Of a DNA stretch of 32,000 bases, positions 26,673 to 32,000 are shown one piece after another (position 1 is the stretch's first letter; the number at the start of each line of letters is the position of its first letter). This DNA is from an archaeon (lineage in GTDB: Archaea > Asgardarchaeota > Thorarchaeia > Thorarchaeales > Thorarchaeaceae), in the NCBI GenBank assembly GCA_024275415.1, contig JAJRZD010000035.1, positions 32,886 to 64,885 of the forward strand, in the 5' to 3' direction. A program made the translations under genes and the position numbers. Below the pieces are notes generated by a model. It saw only the letters and a program-made list of their open reading frames with translations, did not search any database and was not told the DNA's origin.

Positions 26673-28028
26673 ATGGCGAATATGATGAATCCCGATAAAA
26701 GTGGTAATAATGGACCTTGCGATGCAGTACGAAATACTGCTGTTTCTGTTTTGTCCATTTACGATCAGAAGCGGAGGTCAATCCCATCAATTCTCAGAGA
26801 TTACAGAGAGGAGTCCGGACTTTCTCAGACAAATTACGCACAGGTCTATTTTCTTACAGCTTCCATTGTAAAACACCTGAACACAATTGATTATGTGTTA
26901 CATCGTTCTTTCAAGGAAATCAATCCACGAAACCTATCACCACGAATACGTAATCTGCTTAGGATTCTCACCTATCAAGCCCATTGGATAAAGGTATCAT
27001 CTAAGAACCTCATCAAGACCATTCCGGACGAGTTGAGTGGTTTTCTTCCATCGATACGAAAGATGTTCTCTCTCAACTTGGAGCGGATTTACGAGAAACT
27101 GCCAAAGATGACCCGATTGAGTCTTCAATATTCACATCCGACTTTCATAGTAGAAACACTGCTCTCCAATATGAGCGAGGCTGAAGCCATCTCACTGATG
27201 CGAGCAAACAATGGTGCTAGCACTTCTTATTTCCGTGTGAACAATCTCGTTTCTACACCTCCGAATGTGTTAGAGGAGTTAGGTATTCTTGGTGTCGAGA
27301 TGAAAGAAGATGCTGACGTACACGGCCTCTATCGGATAGAATCAGGGCTTCACACTCTAGTCCAATCCGCGGCATTCAAGGAGGGGGCTGTACTGATTCA
27401 GGACAAGGCAAGTGTCCTTGCTGTCAAAGCTCTCTCTCCTCAACCTTCTGAGTTCGTTTGGGATGCATGTGCAGCTCCGGGTATGAAGACACATCTCATT
27501 TGGGAATCCATGAAAGGTACCGGAAGACTTGTGGCCACCGACCTGAGTCCCAAGCGTATCTCACTGGCACGCGAAAGAGCTGGCTCCATTGGACTGGATG
27601 AAGTGGAATGGATTCACGAGGACGCCTGCTTGTGCCCGATACAGGACGCGGACAAAATTCTCATCGACGCACCATGCACATCCACAGGAATTCTGAGAAG
27701 TCATCCTTCTTACAAATGGAAACTGAACAAGAAGACATTGTTCTCAATAATGGCGATACAGAACAAACTATTGGAGGGCATCATCTCTGGCTATCGTGAG
27801 AATCCGGGCACTGAGATTGTGTATTCTGTATGCTCGATTCTTCCTCACGAAGGGGAGAGTCAGATAGATACTATTCTAGACACATACAATGTCGAATTGA
27901 TAGACTTTCCTGGGCCTGGGACTACTGGATATCCTGGCTTCACATGTTCTGCCGGAGTTCGAAGGCTCTTTCCATCAACCCATGACACTGATGGGTTCTT
28001 CATCGCAAAACTCCGAATTACGCGGTGA
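26673..28028 (+). CDS. RsmB/NOP2 family RNA (cytosine-C5) methyltransferase with NusB-like N-terminus
   Basis: DACAAPGMKT, ILIDAPCTSTG and VYSVCS (both catalytic Cys present), HDTDGFFIAKL. Confidence 0.9.
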   Translation: MANMMNPDKSGNNGPCDAVRNTAVSVLSIYDQKRRSIPSILRDYREESGLSQTNYAQVYFLTASIVKHLNTIDYVLHRSFKEINPRNLSPRIRNLLRILTYQAHWIKVSSKNLIKTIPDELSGFLPSIRKMFSLNLERIYEKLPKMTRLSLQYSHPTFIVETLLSNMSEAEAISLMRANNGASTSYFRVNNLVSTPPNVLEELGILGVEMKEDADVHGLYRIESGLHTLVQSAAFKEGAVLIQDKASVLAVKALSPQPSEFVWDACAAPGMKTHLIWESMKGTGRLVATDLSPKRISLARERAGSIGLDEVEWIHEDACLCPIQDADKILIDAPCTSTGILRSHPSYKWKLNKKTLFSIMAIQNKLLEGIISGYRENPGTEIVYSVCSILPHEGESQIDTILDTYNVELIDFPGPGTTGYPGFTCSAGVRRLFPSTHDTDGFFIAKLRITR

Positions 28029-29016
28029 TCCTTCTCTCAACGGAATCCATGACACGTCGTGCAAACTCCTCATCGTCCTTGTAACTCCATGGGATACTTA
28101 GGAACAGTTTCTGCGCAGTCACTATCAAATCCTTATCCCTTTTAACAAGCGCCTTGAAGACAAGCCTGGTCCATTTGAAACAAGGATGTCCTTGAAAATC
28201 ATCTTTGACATCAGGGTTCTCTGCAGTCCGTGCTAGGTATTCCATCCCGTCCTTGGGCTTTCCAAGCATCAAATCTGATAACGACGCCATACATGCGAAA
28301 ATGACACCTTGCTTCGTCATCCCTGATGAGAGGAATTTCTCTGCCCCCTCTCGATACTCTCTCCCTTTCTTCTCGTAAAGCATCTTTCCATGCGAAAAGC
28401 TAAGATCCTTAGTATCACTCTCTACCTGTGCTTTCTTTAGGCTGATCCCTCCTAGAATTGATGCCTTTAGCTCTGCCTGCACCGCTGACAGGGGTGACAC
28501 TTCTATAGGTTTCTCTGCTGCTTCTACTATCCTCTCACCTAACGCGACTAGATGTTTCTTGATATCTGGGTTTCGAAGTGAAGGTTCCTCGTCAGAAATA
28601 CCCGTTTCATAAATGGTTCTTCCATAGGTGAAAAATGAATATGCTCTGTCTACAAGATTATGCTTCAATGCGAACTCCACTCCCATCGAAATGCTGTTCA
28701 ATGCATTATCGAGTTCGCTCAGATTCTCGAACTGGCTTGCTGCGTCCATTAGCCATGGGAACGCATCAGTACTCCCTTCTGCCATACTCTCTCTACCCCG
28801 CGCTAGAGATGTATATGCGTCCACGCAGATGACCGCAAGATCTGGTTGAAGACATTTTTGCGTCACTTCTGGGATAGGTGGGTTTTGCCCCCGGAGTCTG
28901 CAATGGTAGCCAGTCCCAGTCTGGTCAAGCCAGTCACATTTCGTTTCTTCCATGCTTTCCAACTCGCACAAACTTGGTAATATCTGTTGGTCTGATAGTG
29001 TGTTGTTTTCGAGCAT
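28018..29016 (-). CDS. Hypothetical alpha-helical protein: Cys-rich N-terminus, SNAP/TPR-like repeats, internal WH2-like motif
   Basis: 332-aa ORF; the real start may be ATG 28953 (MEETKC). Fold calls are pattern-based inference. Confidence 0.75.
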   Translation of the reverse strand: MLENNTLSDQQILPSLCELESMEETKCDWLDQTGTGYHCRLRGQNPPIPEVTQKCLQPDLAVICVDAYTSLARGRESMAEGSTDAFPWLMDAASQFENLSELDNALNSISMGVEFALKHNLVDRAYSFFTYGRTIYETGISDEEPSLRNPDIKKHLVALGERIVEAAEKPIEVSPLSAVQAELKASILGGISLKKAQVESDTKDLSFSHGKMLYEKKGREYREGAEKFLSSGMTKQGVIFACMASLSDLMLGKPKDGMEYLARTAENPDVKDDFQGHPCFKWTRLVFKALVKRDKDLIVTAQKLFLSIPWSYKDDEEFARRVMDSVERRITA

Positions 29017-29089
29017 TAAAAAGGACTTCTTGTCCCATCGTGAGTTTTAAGTAGATAGTATATTGGTCAAATGATGGAGGGATTGCCAA

Positions 29090-29482
29090 TTGAACGACGA
29101 CGATTCCGAACTCGAAATGATCAGAAGAAAGAAAATGGCCCAGCTGATCGCACGAGAGAAACAAAACCAGGAAGCAAAGACTCATCAAGAGAAAGTAAAA
29201 TCTGAACGCGAAAAGATACTTCAGCGTTTTCTTGATTCCTCTGCACTCCAATATTTGACGAATCTTCGTAACCGTGAGCCTCGTGTCGCATCGCGGATAG
29301 AGGATATAGTGCTCTATCTGGTCACCTATCGTGGAATCCGGCAAGTATTCTCTCAGATTGATATCAGATATATCGAACGGCAGGTGAAAGGTGAGGAGCC
29401 AAAGATTCGCATCCAGCGCGATGGTGACACTTCTGATTTTGGGGCATATATCCGCGAGGCACTGAAGAAGAATGATGATTGA
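29090..29482 (+). CDS. PDCD5/TFAR19-like dsDNA-binding protein
   Basis: DSELEMIRRKKMAQL, REKILQRFLDSSA, EPKIRIQR. TTG start after GGAGG. Confidence 0.8.
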   Translation: MNDDDSELEMIRRKKMAQLIAREKQNQEAKTHQEKVKSEREKILQRFLDSSALQYLTNLRNREPRVASRIEDIVLYLVTYRGIRQVFSQIDIRYIERQVKGEEPKIRIQRDGDTSDFGAYIREALKKNDD

Positions 29483-29488
29483 ACTTCA

Positions 29489-30385
29489 TCATGACAGACT
29501 TATCGCACGTGAACGCCAATCCCTGATAGTGTATCGTAGGGACTCGATGTCACCTTCCTGTCGTTTCCAATCGCTTGCCGCTCGCCGCATCTGAAATATC
29601 AACGCGCCACCCCTTGCGAGTTTCTGTTCGAGAATATCTACGGCCTTCTCAAGTGCCTCTACGATAGTTTCCTTCCCCTCAGATTTTTCCACTACTTCCT
29701 CAAGTGAATCGAATATCTCTGGTGGTTGCATGTTTTTCCATTTGTCCTCAGGAATTGCTACTTCCCTGTATTTTTTCGCAGGGATGACTGTATTTGAGTC
29801 CTTCATCTCTAACTCACTCAGTGCTTGTAGGCTGTCAACTGCATCAATCACTTGAGATCGGTCAATGAGCAGGATAGATGCGATTTCGTCGATTTTCAAT
29901 TGCCGTCGTTCGAGAATCAGATTGAATATCCTATGCTGGATATCTCCGACCCGCTTTATCACTTCTGCAAGCGTATCGGTAGCCCCTTCCTTGCCAAGAA
30001 GAACTTCTGTGGCAGCTTCTGACAGTTGTTTGATGTCGTCTTTCAGTCGTACGATGGTAAGGTCTGCTTTTTTGAGTTCCTCTTTTAACGAGTCATCGAC
30101 TTTTGGTTTTTGCTTTGCAAAGTCCTCTGTCTTCTTTGACCTTAACCCTTGCACTTCTCTCCCAACTGCGTCTAGTGCTCCCTTTGTCCTTGATAGTTCT
30201 GCCCGAAGCGCCTCAATCTCAGAGTCTTTCTCAGCCATCTGTTTCTCCATGCTCTGTATCTGTTCGTGTAGCTGTGAAGCTCGCCTTTGTGCTCCACTCA
30301 GCTGTGCTTGCAATGATTCCAACCTCTGGTTCAGCTGGGTAATCTGCATGGTCTTTTCCCGGAGACGTTCGTTCGGATCGGACAT
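29489..30385 (-). CDS. Hypothetical protein: long coiled coil, winged-helix-like domain, C-terminal helical domain
   Basis: Heptad repeats at aa 1-125; 'HRIFNLILERRQLKIDEIASILLIDRSQVIDAVDSL' is an HTH-like pattern. Confidence 0.75.
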   Translation of the reverse strand: MSDPNERLREKTMQITQLNQRLESLQAQLSGAQRRASQLHEQIQSMEKQMAEKDSEIEALRAELSRTKGALDAVGREVQGLRSKKTEDFAKQKPKVDDSLKEELKKADLTIVRLKDDIKQLSEAATEVLLGKEGATDTLAEVIKRVGDIQHRIFNLILERRQLKIDEIASILLIDRSQVIDAVDSLQALSELEMKDSNTVIPAKKYREVAIPEDKWKNMQPPEIFDSLEEVVEKSEGKETIVEALEKAVDILEQKLARGGALIFQMRRAASDWKRQEGDIESLRYTIRDWRSRAISLS

Positions 30386-30449
30386 TTCACATCATCTCTA
30401 AGACATATCGATAGAATTAAAGTAAATCCCTTGGGTACTCGACCAAGCG

Positions 30450-31214
30450 ATGACAAAACTGAGGTTCTTTGACGCACATAGCCACATCGATATGAAGCGG
30501 TTCCGAAATGACCGCGATGCAGTCATACAGCGAGCAAAAGACCATGGTCTTTCAGGTATTGTCACGAGCTCAATTGGTCCAGGTTCATTCCGGAGGACAT
30601 TGGGCATCATTCAGAAGCACAAAGGATATGTTCATCATTCTGCAGGGTGTTCAGTTTCACAGTTGACACGCGAGGATGCTGACAAAATCATCTCCCTCAT
30701 TCGGAAGTATTCGTCCTCTATCGTGGCAATCGGCGAGGTGGGACTGGATTATCACTGGGTGAAAGACACAATTGGAAGGAAAGCTCAAGAGCCATTATTC
30801 TTAGATTTCATCTTTCTTGCGAATGAATTGGCCCTCCCTCTGGTCATCCACTCTAGAAAGGCTGAATCCATGGCTACTGACATTCTCGAAAAACATTTCT
30901 CAGGAGAGGTACTCATGCATTGTTTTGATGGGGTTCCAGATGTGGCAAAGCGCGTACGTGATAACGGATGGTACATAACACTGCCAGCTAATTTCCAGAG
31001 GTCTAATAATCGTATTGAGTCTGCGAAGATTCTCCCGCTTGAGCAAATCATGCTTGAAACAGATTCCCCATATCTATCCCCTACTGGAAAAGGACGTAAT
31101 GAACCTTCAAATGTTACGATTGGTTGTGAACGACTTGCAGATGTCTTAGATTTACCCTTGGAGCATGTGGCTGAAACGACCACATCCAATGCCCATCGGT
31201 TCTATGACATTTAA
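30450..31214 (+). CDS. tatD: TatD family hydrolase/DNase
   Basis: DAHSH, IVAIGEVGLDY, LPLVIHSR, MHCF, MLETDSPYL, GRNEP. Confidence 0.92.
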   Translation: MTKLRFFDAHSHIDMKRFRNDRDAVIQRAKDHGLSGIVTSSIGPGSFRRTLGIIQKHKGYVHHSAGCSVSQLTREDADKIISLIRKYSSSIVAIGEVGLDYHWVKDTIGRKAQEPLFLDFIFLANELALPLVIHSRKAESMATDILEKHFSGEVLMHCFDGVPDVAKRVRDNGWYITLPANFQRSNNRIESAKILPLEQIMLETDSPYLSPTGKGRNEPSNVTIGCERLADVLDLPLEHVAETTTSNAHRFYDI

Positions 31215-31273
31215 CTCCATGACCGATATTAGCAAAAGGATTTGGGAGCTATGAAATTGTGGGTTGGACTGTC

Positions 31274-32000
31274 ATGAGAGAACTCAGACTTATGGATGTG
31301 GACAAATCAAGTCTAAAAGATCCCGTTGCAATAATGGGGTTGCCTGGAATCGCAAACGTCGGGCGGATTGCGGTAGGCGCATTAATCGAATCACTCAACG
31401 CACCACCGCTTTTGGAATTCTACTGCGAGGACTTTCCTCCTCGTATCCTAGTCCGGGGTGGTATTGCTGAGTTCCCAAAGTCATCTATCCACCTTTACAG
31501 GTCTGCTCCGGATGAACCCCATGACCTCCTGTTGCTGACAGCCGACTACCAACCCACCTCCAACAAGGGCGTTTATGATTATGCGGATTATGTGGCGAGC
31601 TTTTTTGACAAGATGAACGTGGAACAGATATTTGCCTTGGCAGCCTATGAACAGAACTATGCTGAATTCTTCAAGGTCTATCCTGCACCGCCACGTATCT
31701 TTGTTTCCGCCAGTTCTCAGAAACTACTTGAACAAATCGTAGCATTGGAAGGCACAGTCCTTACTAAGGAAGGAGTGATTTCAGGAGCAAATGGCTTTGT
31801 CCCATCATGGGCATCAGAATACTATGGTATCGAATCGGCTTGTTTTTTGGGAGAAACAATGGGTGTCATTAAAGCAGATTATCGTGCATCACGGGAAATC
31901 ATTAACAAGATAGCGCAGCTCCTAGATCTCAAAGACACCCTTAATCTGCTTGATGACAGAGCTGTACAAGTTGCGGAGTTCATCGATTGGGTGATGAAGG
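31274..32000 (+). CDS. PAC2 family proteasome assembly chaperone, 3' end outside the window
   Basis: Absent from the ORF track because it has no stop in the window. My translation from ATG 31274 gives MRELRLMDVDKSSLKDPVAIMGLPGIANVGRIA...LLTADYQP...GANG...CFLGET...DYRASR. Confidence 0.88.
   Translation, partial: MRELRLMDVDKSSLKDPVAIMGLPGIANVGRIAVGALIESLNAPPLLEFYCEDFPPRILVRGGIAEFPKSSIHLYRSAPDEPHDLLLLTADYQPTSNKGVYDYADYVASFFDKMNVEQIFALAAYEQNYAEFFKVYPAPPRIFVSASSQKLLEQIVALEGTVLTKEGVISGANGFVPSWASEYYGIESACFLGETMGVIKADYRASREIINKIAQLLDLKDTLNLLDDRAVQVAEFIDWVMK

Noticed and set aside
29865-30401. 178-aa Ser-rich plus-strand ORF
   Set aside because: Antisense shadow of the E/K/Q-rich coiled-coil gene.
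31264-31470. 68-aa ORF from the track at the window end
   Set aside because: It is out of frame with the PAC2 reading frame starting at 31274, which carries clear family motifs.
1-32000. CRISPR array, tRNA/rRNA genes, transposase or integrase
   Set aside because: I saw no regularly spaced repeats, cloverleaf or rRNA-like segments, or DDE/tyrosine recombinase motifs on manual reading; a tRNAscan/Infernal run would be definitive.

Overview
Gene-dense archaeal chromosomal window, all protein-coding. I found no tRNA, rRNA, CRISPR array or mobile element. Archaeal markers include GGAGG/AGGTGA ribosome-binding sites, a thiolase-DUF35 pair, PDCD5, PAC2 and a CdrS/aCcr1-type ribbon-helix-helix (RHH) gene. 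An Asgard (Thorarchaeia-like) origin is my inference only. Layout: (1) 0.5-2.9 kb, minus strand: a CdrS/aCcr1-like RHH gene followed by two tandem paralogs that share an unrecognised 7-cysteine domain. (2) 4-14.8 kb: lipid/beta-oxidation genes (nitroreductase, two small RHH-like proteins, SCP2, a 3-hydroxyacyl-CoA dehydrogenase with one in-frame TAA, two enoyl-CoA hydratases, thiolase plus DUF35), a GH38 alpha-mannosidase and an MBL hydrolase. (3) 14.9-26.7 kb: a run of FGGY kinase, glpABC, an alkyl-DHAP-synthase-like flavoprotein, a second CCG Fe-S protein, an MSMEG_0568-like radical SAM, a GNAT and an atypical aldehyde dehydrogenase; this is a candidate glycerol-ether-lipid catabolic pathway. 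(4) 26.7-32 kb: RsmB/NOP2 methyltransferase, a SNAP-like helical protein carrying a WH2-like motif, PDCD5, a coiled-coil/winged-helix protein, TatD and a partial PAC2. All family calls come from motif recognition by eye; no database searches were run.
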